NCBI GenBank assembly: GCA_965263355.1
Contig: CBDHHL010000032.1
Span: 2,336,001-2,400,000, forward strand
Source of the DNA: Leptolyngbyaceae cyanobacterium
GTDB lineage: Bacteria > Cyanobacteriota > Cyanobacteriia > Phormidesmidales > Phormidesmidaceae
Direction of reading: 5' to 3'
Length of the DNA: 64,000 nt
Notes under the pieces: generated by a model
The model's database searches: none
What the model was told of the DNA's origin: nothing
What the model saw: the letters and a program-made list of their open reading frames with translations, nothing else
In this document: one piece after another, positions 50,897-60,740 of the stretch
Layout: every line of letters begins with the position of its first letter
How positions within the stretch are numbered: the stretch's first letter is position 1
Program-made: the position numbers and the translations under genes

Positions 50897-50937
50897 GTAT
50901 CTGCTGTTGCATTTGAATTGAAGGATATGCTTAGGAT
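50897..50937 (+). promoter_or_regulatory. Possible NtcA-type promoter for amiE
   Basis: GTA-N8-TGC (50897-50910), 21 nt, TAGGAT. Confidence 0.4.
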
Positions 50938-51119
50938 AGCTAAGCTGTATTTTGAGACGACACGATGTTCGAAGCCAGAATTGTGGCTGATTTTGGAAAT
51001 AGCACTGGCAGGTTTTGCAATGCACGTCGCTGAATCTATCAGAATGTATTGAGACTACTAGGCTGTTGTTAGATAGATGCTTTTGGCTAAGACAACTCGA
51101 AAAGTGGGAGTTAGTTTTT

Positions 51120-52211
51120 ATGGCAGTTCATGGTGATATCTCCTCTAGTAATGACTCAGTAGGGGTAGCTGTAGTTAATTACAAGATGCCGCGATTACAT
51201 ACTCGCGAAGAGGTACTGGCAAACTGTAAGACTATTGCCGATATGATCGACGGCATGAAAGTGGGGTTGCCAGGGATGGATCTTGTTATCTTCCCTGAGT
51301 ATTCAACCCATGGCATCATGTACGACTCTGAAGAAATGATGGAAACAGCTTCCAGCATTCCAGGGTCTGAGACTGATATTTTTGCTGAGGCTTGTATTCG
51401 TAATAAGGTTTGGGGGGTGTTTTCATTGACGGGTGAACGTCATGAAGAACATCCCAAGAAGGTGCCTTACAACACTCTGATCTTGATGAACGATCAAGGT
51501 GAGATTGTGCAAAAGTATCGCAAAATCATGCCTTGGACTCCCATTGAGGGGTGGTATCCAGGCAACTGCACCTATGTAGCCGAAGGTCCTAAAGGTCTGA
51601 AGATCAGTCTAATTATCTGTGACGATGGTAATTATCCTGAGATTTGGCGTGACTGCGTTATGAAGGGGGCCGAATTGGTAGTCCGTTGTCAGGGATATAT
51701 GTACCCTGCTAAGGAACAGCAAATTATTGTTTCTAAGGCCATGGCCTGGATGAATAATACTTATGTTGCTGTGGCTAATGCCTCTGGTTTTGATGGTGTT
51801 TATAGCTACTTTGGACATTCTGCAATTATTGGGTTTGATGGCCGCACTCTAGGGGAATGTGGAGAGGAAGAAAACGGTATTCAATATGCAGCGTTATCTA
51901 AGTTTGCCATCCGTGACTTCCGACAGCATTCTCAGTCCCAGAATCACCTGTTTAAGCTCTTACACCGTGGCTACACTGGCATGATTAATTCGGGTGACGG
52001 TGAAGAGGGTATGATGGAATGTCCTTACGAGTTCTATCGTGAATGGATTCTAGACCCTGAGAAAACCAAGGAAAAAGTTGAGGCATTAACGCGTTCTACG
52101 GTTGGGACTGAAGAATGTCCTATTGAAGGGATTCCTAATAAGAACTCTAAAGTACCTGTGGTACCTACCAAGAAATCGGAACCAGTTACGGTCACCCAAC
52201 CTGTCTCCTAG
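51120..52211 (+). CDS. amiE: Aliphatic amidase (nitrilase superfamily)
   Basis: [48 protein letters not shown]. Confidence 0.92.
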   Translation: MAVHGDISSSNDSVGVAVVNYKMPRLHTREEVLANCKTIADMIDGMKVGLPGMDLVIFPEYSTHGIMYDSEEMMETASSIPGSETDIFAEACIRNKVWGVFSLTGERHEEHPKKVPYNTLILMNDQGEIVQKYRKIMPWTPIEGWYPGNCTYVAEGPKGLKISLIICDDGNYPEIWRDCVMKGAELVVRCQGYMYPAKEQQIIVSKAMAWMNNTYVAVANASGFDGVYSYFGHSAIIGFDGRTLGECGEEENGIQYAALSKFAIRDFRQHSQSQNHLFKLLHRGYTGMINSGDGEEGMMECPYEFYREWILDPEKTKEKVEALTRSTVGTEECPIEGIPNKNSKVPVVPTKKSEPVTVTQPVS

Positions 52212-52225
52212 AGATCTGGATATAT

Positions 52226-52266
52226 AGCAAACGTCCTGAGTCTTTGGGACGTTTGCTTGGTTTTTG
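52226..52266 (+). terminator. Intrinsic terminator after amiE
   Basis: agcaaacgtcc/ggacgtttgct stem followed by T-run. Confidence 0.65.
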
Positions 52267-52704
52267 GCATAACTTAAACCCTGACATTTTCTCAAAGCAA
52301 GTCTAGAGGTCTTGGCGCGAAATATAGTTATTATATTGTTGCCTATTCATAACAGAATTAAGTAACACTTTTATGGACTTTAGGATATATTGTTGTCATT
52401 AACGATTCACACAGCCTATGCCTAGCATAGGCTTTTTATTTGCTTATACTTGTTTTGTGTCATTGTCTCTATGCAACAAATCAAAGTTGTCATTATCAGT
52501 CTGTCAGCTATTGCCATATTTTATGCCTAATCAGTTTCACAAGGAGAAATGGTTTTGCAACGTCATCGATCAGGTTCTCTTTATATGAAATACTAAAATA
52601 CGAGAATGATAATCATTCTCATTTTGTGCCAGCATATACATACTCATCCCTTCTGCTTTCCTATAATACTTTTCATAAATCACCATTCTTGGGAGAAATT
52701 CGAT

Positions 52705-53748
52705 ATGGGTAGTACAGGAAGTGTTAGTTCATGGTCGGAGTCTCTTCTGGTTGCCATGATCCAGTATCCGGTTCCAGTTATCACTGGTCCAGAAGATATT
52801 CAGACTCAGGTCAAACAGATTTGTAAAGCTGTTGACAACACTAAAGCAGGTTATCCCGGTCTGGATCTGATTGTGATGCCGGAGTACTCTACTCAAGGGC
52901 TCAATACGAAAATCTGGACATATGACGAAATGCTTTTGACAGTAGATAGTCCAGAGATTGATCAGTTCCGGGCAGCTTGTGAGCGTAACAAAATCTGGGG
53001 AGTCTTTTCTCTTATGGAGAAAAACGATGTACCTGGACTGCCACCCTTTAACACTGCGATTATCATCAATGATCAAGGAGAAATTGCCCTTCACTATCGC
53101 AAATTGCAGCCTTGGGTGCCGATTGAACCTTGGTATCCAGGAAATTATGGGATGCCCGTATGTGATGGACCTAAGGGTTCTAAACTAGCGGTTTGTATTT
53201 GTCATGATGGGATGTTCCCTGAATTAGCGCGAGAAGCGGCCTATAAAGGGTGTAATGTTTATATTCGCATCTCTGGATACTCCACTCAGGTCAACGATCA
53301 GTGGATCTTGACAAATCAAACAAATGCTTGGCAGAACTTGATGTACACCATCTCCGTCAACTTGGCGGGCTATGACGGTGTGTTCTACTACTTTGGTGAA
53401 GGCACTGTGTGCAACTACGATGGCAATGTGATTCAGCAGGGCCATCGTAATCCTTGGGAAATTGTGACAGCTGAATTGTTCCCTAAAATGGTGGATGAAG
53501 CCCGTAAAAACTGGGCTCTTGAAAACAATGTCTTCAATGTTGGTTGCCGAGGCTATGTAGGTAAACCTGGTGGAGAGCGTGAAAATTACCTGACTTGGGT
53601 GAAGGACTTGGCTGAAGGAAAGTACGAGTTGCCCTGGGATAAGGACATCAAGATTAGAGACGGTTGGGAATACTATCCTGATGGAATCAAGCTAGGGCCT
53701 CTGCCAACAGAAGAATCTGCAAAGACCTTGGTGGGCGCTAGTTCCTAA
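52705..53748 (+). CDS. amiF: Formamidase, AmiF type (nitrilase superfamily)
   Basis: [47 protein letters not shown]. Confidence 0.9.
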   Translation: MGSTGSVSSWSESLLVAMIQYPVPVITGPEDIQTQVKQICKAVDNTKAGYPGLDLIVMPEYSTQGLNTKIWTYDEMLLTVDSPEIDQFRAACERNKIWGVFSLMEKNDVPGLPPFNTAIIINDQGEIALHYRKLQPWVPIEPWYPGNYGMPVCDGPKGSKLAVCICHDGMFPELAREAAYKGCNVYIRISGYSTQVNDQWILTNQTNAWQNLMYTISVNLAGYDGVFYYFGEGTVCNYDGNVIQQGHRNPWEIVTAELFPKMVDEARKNWALENNVFNVGCRGYVGKPGGERENYLTWVKDLAEGKYELPWDKDIKIRDGWEYYPDGIKLGPLPTEESAKTLVGASS

Positions 53749-53777
53749 ATCTGTTACTTCACTTACTCTTGAGCGGA

Positions 53778-53812
53778 TCCCCCACAGGCTCAGTTTGTGG
53801 GGGAATTTAATT
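53778..53812 (+). terminator. Hairpin after amiF
   Basis: tcccccaca...tgtggggga stem followed by an AT-rich tail. Confidence 0.55.
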
Positions 53813-54116
53813 AAGTTCCCCTATTGTATTAACAAATACACTGAGCGTACCTATAACACCTATCAAGAAATCAGAACTAGTTACAATCATTCAGCCTGTT
53901 GCTTAGAAAGTCTAGTGTAAGTCATCAAAAATTTGATGGCTTTTCAACGTATTTCTTTGCTAAGACCTATACTTATTCTGGACCTGCTAACTTTTGTCGG
54001 CTCAGTTTTTTGTTTTCTGCCCTTAAGCTATATCCACATCAAGGTCTATCGCTGAAGTCTCAGTTGTCTTCTCACCATATATGGCGTCTAAATTAGTTTA
54101 TTTGCTAGATTAGAGC

Positions 54117-54204
54117 AGCCACTTGTGGGACTTCAGTGTGACTTCCGACTTCCATCTGTAAAATGGCACTAGCTAGTTGCGCTTCCTTTCCCCAAGTGGC
54201 TTTT
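54117..54204 (+). ncRNA. Putative Y-RNA-like structured RNA with a tRNA anticodon-like loop
   Basis: 13-bp end-to-end stem with one bulged U, 9-bp inner stem with G-U pairs, CCAU-CUGUAAA-AUGG hairpin, TGnTAGATT -10 just upstream, UUUU tail. Confidence 0.6.
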
Positions 54205-54228
54205 GGGTAAATAGGTATAGTTACAATT

Positions 54229-55683
54229 GTGACAGTTGATTGGGCAAAGCGACTTGAACAGGTTGCTCAAGAAGATTTAGTAATGTTTATCAATGCTTGT
54301 CTGACTTGCACTGGACAGCGAGAATTTTATGACGATGCCTATGGTCAGAAAGTTTCCCTTGATTTTCTCCATGACTATATCTTAGGGAACTATCGTCTTT
54401 TATATTGTAGAACCTTGGCGGCAGGCATTAACCATTTCAACCAGATGCAGATCGTTTTGAAGCTATTGGCAACGGGAAAGCAAACCCAGGCTCATCACCG
54501 TGCCGAAGAGAATCAATTAATTACTGCCACGCTGCACAATTTACCCTCCCAGCGTGCATGGAAGTTGCTGCAACAAATTCGAGAACGCGGAATTAACAAT
54601 CGCCGAGCACGAGCAATTGCCAAACAATATTTCACTACCCGAGGGGATCTTCTAGCATTTCATGCTGTAAAATATCGTTCCAAGCTACGGGCAATTGCTA
54701 CCCATAACCATCTTAACCTTAATCAGCTCAGTGCTGACGTAGGTCATGAACTAGGGGATTTTTTATTTCGCCATTGGCCAAAACAGTTCCAAACCCCCTT
54801 ATTTGAAAAGTTTCGTAAAGGGTTTTACAGTGCTAGTAACATTTATGAATTGCCTTTTACCGTTGCTGAAGGATTAGCCGTTAAACACAATATTCCACGC
54901 GGACGCTTTCTTCAGACTATTGAAGGTCAAATGACCGCAGGTGAGAAACTGCGCCTTCAAAATAGTGCCAGACAGGCTAAGACTCAACTCGATCTAGATC
55001 CGCAAAAACTCTCTCTCACGAAGTTAGCACTCTATGCTCTAGCCCTCGATATCCAGACCCGTAAGCAACATCAGGATGAGTTAGAAAGACTCTTGCAAGC
55101 CAGTGCTCGTAAAGCCTTACGGAAAGCCCCACTGCGATTAGGAAGAGTAGCAGCCGTGCTAGATCGCAGTTATTCTAGCTCCGGCTCGTCTGAAAAACGA
55201 CGACGACCGTTGGGCATTGCATTGGCTGTGCATTATCTTTTGCAAGCAGCGTCACGGAACTATCGGCCATTTTGGACAATAGCAGCTCCTGAGCCCCTGT
55301 TAGTCACACCCTATGGACAAACCAATTTGGTAGATCCTATGTTGGCAGCCCTTGACTGGCAACCAGAGTTGATTTTAATTATTTCAGATGGTTGGGAAAA
55401 CGATCCGCCGGGGGGCGTAGCTGAACTTTTGCGGATCTATCGGACTAAATTAGATCCACAGCGACAAATTTCCATTGTCCACTGTAATCCTGTTTTTAAC
55501 GCCGATGATTTTACCCTTAAACATTTGAGTTCCCTGGTACCAACGGTTGGTTTACGTGAAGCAGAAGAGTTGCCAGTGGTGTTAGAGTTTGCCCGATTTG
55601 CAGAAGGTACTGCTTCCTTGAGTGAGCTGGAAACATATTTAGCAGGTCGAGTCCAGGCTCTTTTAGCGTCGGCCCATTTGTAG
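54229..55683 (+). CDS. Helical N-terminal domain plus vWA domain protein (Ro60/TROVE-like architecture)
   Basis: MIDAS-like VLDRSYSSSG, GQTNL, IISDGWEN in the C-terminal third; Arg/Lys/His-rich helical N-terminal region. Confidence 0.65.
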   Translation: MTVDWAKRLEQVAQEDLVMFINACLTCTGQREFYDDAYGQKVSLDFLHDYILGNYRLLYCRTLAAGINHFNQMQIVLKLLATGKQTQAHHRAEENQLITATLHNLPSQRAWKLLQQIRERGINNRRARAIAKQYFTTRGDLLAFHAVKYRSKLRAIATHNHLNLNQLSADVGHELGDFLFRHWPKQFQTPLFEKFRKGFYSASNIYELPFTVAEGLAVKHNIPRGRFLQTIEGQMTAGEKLRLQNSARQAKTQLDLDPQKLSLTKLALYALALDIQTRKQHQDELERLLQASARKALRKAPLRLGRVAAVLDRSYSSSGSSEKRRRPLGIALAVHYLLQAASRNYRPFWTIAAPEPLLVTPYGQTNLVDPMLAALDWQPELILIISDGWENDPPGGVAELLRIYRTKLDPQRQISIVHCNPVFNADDFTLKHLSSLVPTVGLREAEELPVVLEFARFAEGTASLSELETYLAGRVQALLASAHL

Positions 55684-55696
55684 GAGTATAGTTCTA

Positions 55697-56857
55697 ATGG
55701 CTCGGAAAGCTCCACTTCTGGAAGAAATCTCCCTTAAAGGTCTAGAAATTGCCCCGTCTCAGATTTGGGGAAACATTCGTCTGGTTCCCCTATTGCGCCA
55801 ACGGGTGCGGTCAGATTTACGTTTGTTCAAACGTGACTACCAGAGCGACATGACAATGGTCTCCATTGATAAAGATACTCGCTATTTCTCCTGTATTCCC
55901 CACGGCTTGGTCTTGCATTGGAGTGAGGATGGCCAGCCGGTAGTCGCCACAGGAGGACAGCTACTCACTGAAGGCAAGGTAAATAATATAGCCTCCTTTA
56001 AGGTACAAATGTTACAGCGCATGGTGAAACGCGAAACCAAACAATCACTCAGGCTTTTACCGCTCCATTTAGCCATGGAGGGATTTCTGAGTCTATTTTT
56101 TGGCGGGCCAACGGTGGCATGGCAGAGTTATTCAAAACAAGCCTTATCCAGCGGACTGTCGCCTCGGGTTGAATGGTCTATAGGTGGACGAGCCATCGCC
56201 CAATTTGACAATGCCTTACGACTGTTTGAAATCCATGATCGGCAGGTTGGCGTTTTATTGTTTGTGTCTGAAATGTTAGTTTCTGCGTTTGTAGTCCCCA
56301 CACCAGAGGATTACCGAGCCCTTCATCTTAGTTTGCTGGAAGACTTTTATGGTGAAACCTTTCTTTATTACGGGCTTTATGGTGGCACCAGTGTATTAAA
56401 TGTTGAGATTGATGCGGCACAGGTGCATACGCTTAATGACCTCAGGGTAGCACTTACCCAGGTGCGGGCAGATTGGGCTGCATTTCAGGGATTTATGGCC
56501 AGTAATCTGCTCAATGTGCCACTGCAATCGAAACGAATTTATCGAGCCGGGCCGTTTAGCTTACAGCGCTTTATGACAGCTCTGGATCCCAAGCAGCAGA
56601 ACTACATTGGCGAAGCAATTCTGGATAATGATAACCAGCTTCAATACCTCAAGATTTATGGCCTTTCAGCAGCTCAAACAAAACGAGCTTATTTACTTAA
56701 ACAAATGGCTATCCATGATTGGAATCTGGAACGTACGGCTCAATCACAGAATGACACCCTAGCTCAGTTTATTTATCGACTTGAAAAAGTAGGCTTTGGT
56801 TACTTAGTCAACAATCAGTTGCGGGAACAAGCCGCCAAAGAACGTCGTCTGACTTGA
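55697..56857 (+). CDS. ARPP-2-like protein with a C-terminal Fis-type HTH
   Basis: L.GLE.APSQ.WG.IRLVPL...DLRL start recalled from ARPP-2-type proteins; ending LL.......WNLERTA...L..RLEK.G; 13 nt after the vWA gene. Confidence 0.6.
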   Translation: MARKAPLLEEISLKGLEIAPSQIWGNIRLVPLLRQRVRSDLRLFKRDYQSDMTMVSIDKDTRYFSCIPHGLVLHWSEDGQPVVATGGQLLTEGKVNNIASFKVQMLQRMVKRETKQSLRLLPLHLAMEGFLSLFFGGPTVAWQSYSKQALSSGLSPRVEWSIGGRAIAQFDNALRLFEIHDRQVGVLLFVSEMLVSAFVVPTPEDYRALHLSLLEDFYGETFLYYGLYGGTSVLNVEIDAAQVHTLNDLRVALTQVRADWAAFQGFMASNLLNVPLQSKRIYRAGPFSLQRFMTALDPKQQNYIGEAILDNDNQLQYLKIYGLSAAQTKRAYLLKQMAIHDWNLERTAQSQNDTLAQFIYRLEKVGFGYLVNNQLREQAAKERRLT

Positions 56858-56933
56858 GTTAGACAGATGCACTGCGCAGACTATATGACAGAATTAGGCT
56901 TGAGCTTTCTGAGGAGAATAGTGGTGTAGTCAG

Positions 56934-57950
56934 TTAACTTGCTCCTAGGGTTCCAACTGAACTATTTTGACTCAAAAGAACCGCCAATTCTGTTCGCTGT
57001 TGGCTTAACTGGGTATCCATTTGGGCCAGCATGTTATGTTGAATAACTTGTATTTGACGGAAATGGGCTAAATCAATCAGTTCCTGGAGCAAGTTATAGG
57101 ATTTTTCATCGAATTCATCACCAACGTTAGTAATGTAGTTAGCAAGAACATTTTGGGCAATTTGACGTAGCTGGTCCAGCTCCTGGGTGTACTGGTCGTA
57201 GAGGACTTCGAGCTGGGGGTTGTCTATGACGGGCTTGCTATATTCGAGGGCGATTGCCTCTTTGAGATTGTTGAGTTTCAGGCGATTGATCTGGTAAGTT
57301 GTATCCGTATCTAGTAGGTTCGCAACTTGTTCGACATCGTCGGGATGGATGTCTAAATAGGTAGTCAAATGGGCTACCCGCTGATTTAATTGCTTGGAGT
57401 TCTCCTCTAATTCTGCCTGACGATTGGCTAAATCAGCACTACGATGAGCCAAAATAGCTTGATGTGTGCGCAGCTGATGTACTTGCGCTGTTTGAAACTG
57501 CTCCCCTTTAAGGGCTTGGTCTACTCGTGAGCTATGGTCTACCCGTGAGCTAAAGGATGCCGTTGTTTGAGACGCAGCAATTGGGGGAGTCACAACGGTG
57601 GTGACAGATTCCGATTTTTCAGACTGCACTACTGTCTTGTCTGATGTCAAACTATCTGACTGATGCCATAACCCCGTTTTCACATGTTGCATCAGAGCGC
57701 CCGCAGAACATACTGCCGTTGCCCCGATCACAAGGGTAGTGTAGTAATAGTGGGATAGGTTGGAGGACGGTTCCGAGATGGTTAGATTATCCGTCCAGTA
57801 AACAGAGCGAGATTTACCAAGTTTTCTACGTTGGTTCTTCTCTTTGTATTGAATGTTGGGATACTGAATGTTGGAAGAAGGGATTACACCATCCAACATT
57901 AGCCTCTGCAGGAGTGGGGTTTGGTCAGCCGGTTTGCACAGAGAAGACAT
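56934..57950 (-). CDS. Hypothetical membrane-anchored coiled-coil protein
   Basis: Long ORF, one hydrophobic segment, Gln/Leu-rich heptad pattern; start uncertain. Confidence 0.55.
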   Translation of the reverse strand: MSSLCKPADQTPLLQRLMLDGVIPSSNIQYPNIQYKEKNQRRKLGKSRSVYWTDNLTISEPSSNLSHYYYTTLVIGATAVCSAGALMQHVKTGLWHQSDSLTSDKTVVQSEKSESVTTVVTPPIAASQTTASFSSRVDHSSRVDQALKGEQFQTAQVHQLRTHQAILAHRSADLANRQAELEENSKQLNQRVAHLTTYLDIHPDDVEQVANLLDTDTTYQINRLKLNNLKEAIALEYSKPVIDNPQLEVLYDQYTQELDQLRQIAQNVLANYITNVGDEFDEKSYNLLQELIDLAHFRQIQVIQHNMLAQMDTQLSQQRTELAVLLSQNSSVGTLGAS

Positions 57951-58155
57951 AAGCTGATGAAAATAGGAACTGCCTCGTTGTAATAGATTTACAGGCTTTT
58001 CAGGGCAGTATCCGGAAAAATCTGAAAAGGTAGCAAGAAATAGAATAGGTTGTTTGAAGTACGGGCTTTTCTCCGTATAATTTAACACTCGCAGAGGATG
58101 CAGATGTCTGGGTAGTAGCGCTCAGCCAGAAGCGAGGTATCGGGGACGAAGACCA

Positions 58156-58746
58156 TTACCATCCACCAACATAGAGAGATTTGACGGTTCCTGGATTATA
58201 TCTTTGTCGAATCTCTCCAAATTTGACTTCATCGATAACGTCTATGTTGCCACCATCGTTCACGGTGTAAACCCCGGTTTTATAACATTCAGCAATTGCC
58301 AACATCATGTTAGTCAAGCTTACAAACGCCAGACTGACAGAATAGTCATCGCTTATGTGGAAAATAGGTGCCGTGGCTATTGGTTCTTCAGTGCCTTGGA
58401 CGGCAAAGTATTCACCCTCAAAGTCGAACAATGGAAATAAATATGACGGTTCTTCATCCTGTTGTCGTATTTTCAGTAAGGCATCATCATTGATATTGTC
58501 TGAAAACTCACAGGCGCTGTTTAGGTCGAGAAACGATAAATATCCAAACACTGAACTGTATGTCTTATCGCCATTACGCCATTGATATAGTTCATAGACT
58601 TCTTGAGATACTTGAAAAGGCAGTCTATTTAGCTTTTCTGCGATGACGTCGGCAGGTAAACCGGGTTGAAAACCAGCGGCAGCTGTTGGTTGGTGTTCAC
58701 CTAACCAATTGAGAATACGGTCAAGAGCATTGATTAGTTCTGTCAT
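58156..58746 (-). CDS. SMI1/KNR4 (SUKH) immunity-like protein
   Basis: L..LDRI..WL..H.P....FQPGL...[16 protein letters not shown]. Confidence 0.8.
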   Translation of the reverse strand: MTELINALDRILNWLGEHQPTAAAGFQPGLPADVIAEKLNRLPFQVSQEVYELYQWRNGDKTYSSVFGYLSFLDLNSACEFSDNINDDALLKIRQQDEEPSYLFPLFDFEGEYFAVQGTEEPIATAPIFHISDDYSVSLAFVSLTNMMLAIAECYKTGVYTVNDGGNIDVIDEVKFGEIRQRYNPGTVKSLYVGGW

Positions 58747-58924
58747 GCAACGTGTATAGTGCAACAACTCGGATAAAATAAGGAGAGTAATGGATACAAA
58801 GTGAACTACTATCTAGGGTATCACTAACAAACATAATATCCAGCGGTGTGTTTGAAATGCTTGGCCGGGGCTGAATCGATGACGAAAAATGTTTTAAGAT
58901 TTGTTGTACCGACTGTGATTTGTA

Positions 58925-59462
58925 AGTGCCAGAACCAGTGGGACATTCCACCTGATATTCGTCACCGAGATAATGGTGGAACTTTTGCAAAGATTCCACC
59001 AGCAGATAGTTGACTGGGAACCAGATAGGGCCACGCCAATTTGAGTTGCCACCAAAGAGCCCGGTACTTGATTCTGCGGGTTCATAATCCACTCGATGTT
59101 CACCGCCATCGGTATAGAACACATAGGGGTGCTCGTGATGATAGCGAGAGAGGGCACGAATCCCATTGGGAGCTAAGAATTCAGTTTCATCCAGCATTTT
59201 TTCAAGAATGCGCTTGAGCTTATCGGGACGAACAATTGCAAGTAGTCGCCGCTTACCCATACCATTCTCTACAAATGAAGGTACATTCTGGCTCAGATTA
59301 GGGCGATTAGTTTCGAACCATTCCAGACGTTCTTTAAAGCCCGGAAGTTTGTCGAGCAATTCGGGTTCTAACGTTTCGGTCGCAAACAGGGGAATCAGCC
59401 CGACCATGGATCGTACTTTTAGCTTCAAGCGTTCGTCATTGGGCAGATGCAGTACATCGTAT
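58925..59462 (-). pseudogene. Internal fragment of an MGH1-like (GH63) glucosidase
   Basis: YDVLHLP...[13 protein letters not shown]...[18 protein letters not shown]...VECPTGSG. Confidence 0.85.
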
Positions 59463-59968
59463 TTTTAAGCTGATTGGCGGGCTCCACATTATTGGCAGTG
59501 TAGTCAAAAACAACCTGTCCATCACTGTTGTAAGAAATCCCGTTTTCGAGACGGGGTAAATCTTCACTTTGCAGCCAAAAATCTAGGGAATGGGAGGCCA
59601 TTTCTGCATGGGTCTTGCCGGCAAGGGGTTCTGGGGACTCTAGTTTCATCATGTCCTCATTGAGCTTACCCAACATTTGAATCAGACCCATGGGATACTT
59701 AAAGGCGTCATCTCCCCAATAGTAATCGGCCAGGGCAAGCGTCTTTTCAAAGGTGGCATCATTGGGGGTTTTGCTAATGGCAATCAAGGTGGCATTGTTG
59801 TGGCCCATAAAGTTGCGCCCCACCAATCCGGTAGAATTTGCTAGGCCATTGGGGTGTTTTTCTTGTTGCGATCGCAAAAACAACAGTGCTGATCCCAGCG
59901 CCCCAGCGGCCACCACCACATAGTTAGCCCGATATTTCACGGTCTCTCCAGTGTCTGTTTTGACAATC
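59463..59968 (-). pseudogene. Internal fragment of a GMC oxidoreductase
   Basis: VVVAAGALGSALL.LRS....HPNGLANSTGLVGRNFMGHN...SEDLP. Confidence 0.8.
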
Positions 59969-60148
59969 ACGTTAAAGGGTGTGCGCTTGACATCGCTAAT
60001 CAAGTCGCCAAGGGAAGCCACTCCAAACAGTGCCCAGGTTAAAGGCTGATAAGTGGGATTTTCCACCCGTTGGTTATAGCAATAACGGACCAACGCAAAG
60101 AAATCATCGACGGGAAAATTGAGGCTTTGGACGCTATCAATTTCGTCA
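59968..60148 (-). pseudogene. Internal fragment of an AAA_35-type ATPase domain
   Basis: IDEIDSVQSLNFPVDDFFALVRYCYNQR...LFGVASLGDLI.D.KRTPFN. Confidence 0.75.
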
Positions 60149-60510
60149 ATAACGAAATCACCGATGATTGGCTCGGGGACACCACTGCTGGCAAGATGGC
60201 TTTATGGCTGTAGGTGACCTGACCATTGCGATGGGTCCGGATTGAACAACACGGACAGCTCACCTCTTGCGAACTATGGTATTCGGTGCCATCTAGCGCG
60301 ACTAGTAGATGCTTGCTGAGCACCTCAAACCCACGCAGATAGTTCTGCTCCTCTAACTACTGAGCACACTTGAAGCCATAACGACTATCTTGCCCAAGGC
60401 AAGACCCATCCGAATGAGTTGACTGTACCCGATAGGGTTACGCTTTGCACGACTCGATTGCTAGCTCCAGGATACTGATTTCTGTTCTTAAGTTGGAATT
60501 TGGAATTGCT
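60149..60510 (-). mobile_element. Truncated ISNCY-like insertion sequence remnant
   Basis: LLVALDGTEYHSS..VSCPCCS...TYSH.AILPAVVSP transposase segment; putative end cagcaattccaaa near 60510. Confidence 0.7.
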
Positions 60511-60740
60511 GCATAAATATCTAAACCATCGAGTTTGTGAAAGGTGATGCACTGTACCCGCACTCGCTGTAAAGATTCACCCTCAACCGTAACCTCAAAA
60601 AACTGGTCTTGTCCGCCACGTAGTACGCCAGCGTCAGAGACAACAGCCGCAGTAAACGTTGCTTCAGCTGTCGGTGCAATAGCTCCTACGGAGGTAACCA
60701 TTGCGATCGCAACTAGGCTATTCATTAACAAGCGTTTCAT
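60510..60740 (-). pseudogene. Exported protein N-terminus truncated by the IS remnant
   Basis: Signal peptide MKRLL...APTAEA; frame runs into the IS end. Confidence 0.45.

Noticed and set aside
50331..51119. Short ORFs and the 35-aa N-terminal extension of amiE
   Set aside because: Region holds divergent promoters; ORFs lack coding features and the AmiE homology starts at 51120
54117..54204. A true tRNA-Tyr gene
   Set aside because: No D-arm, no GTTCRA T-loop and no 7-bp acceptor stem with CCA; only the anticodon-like loop matches
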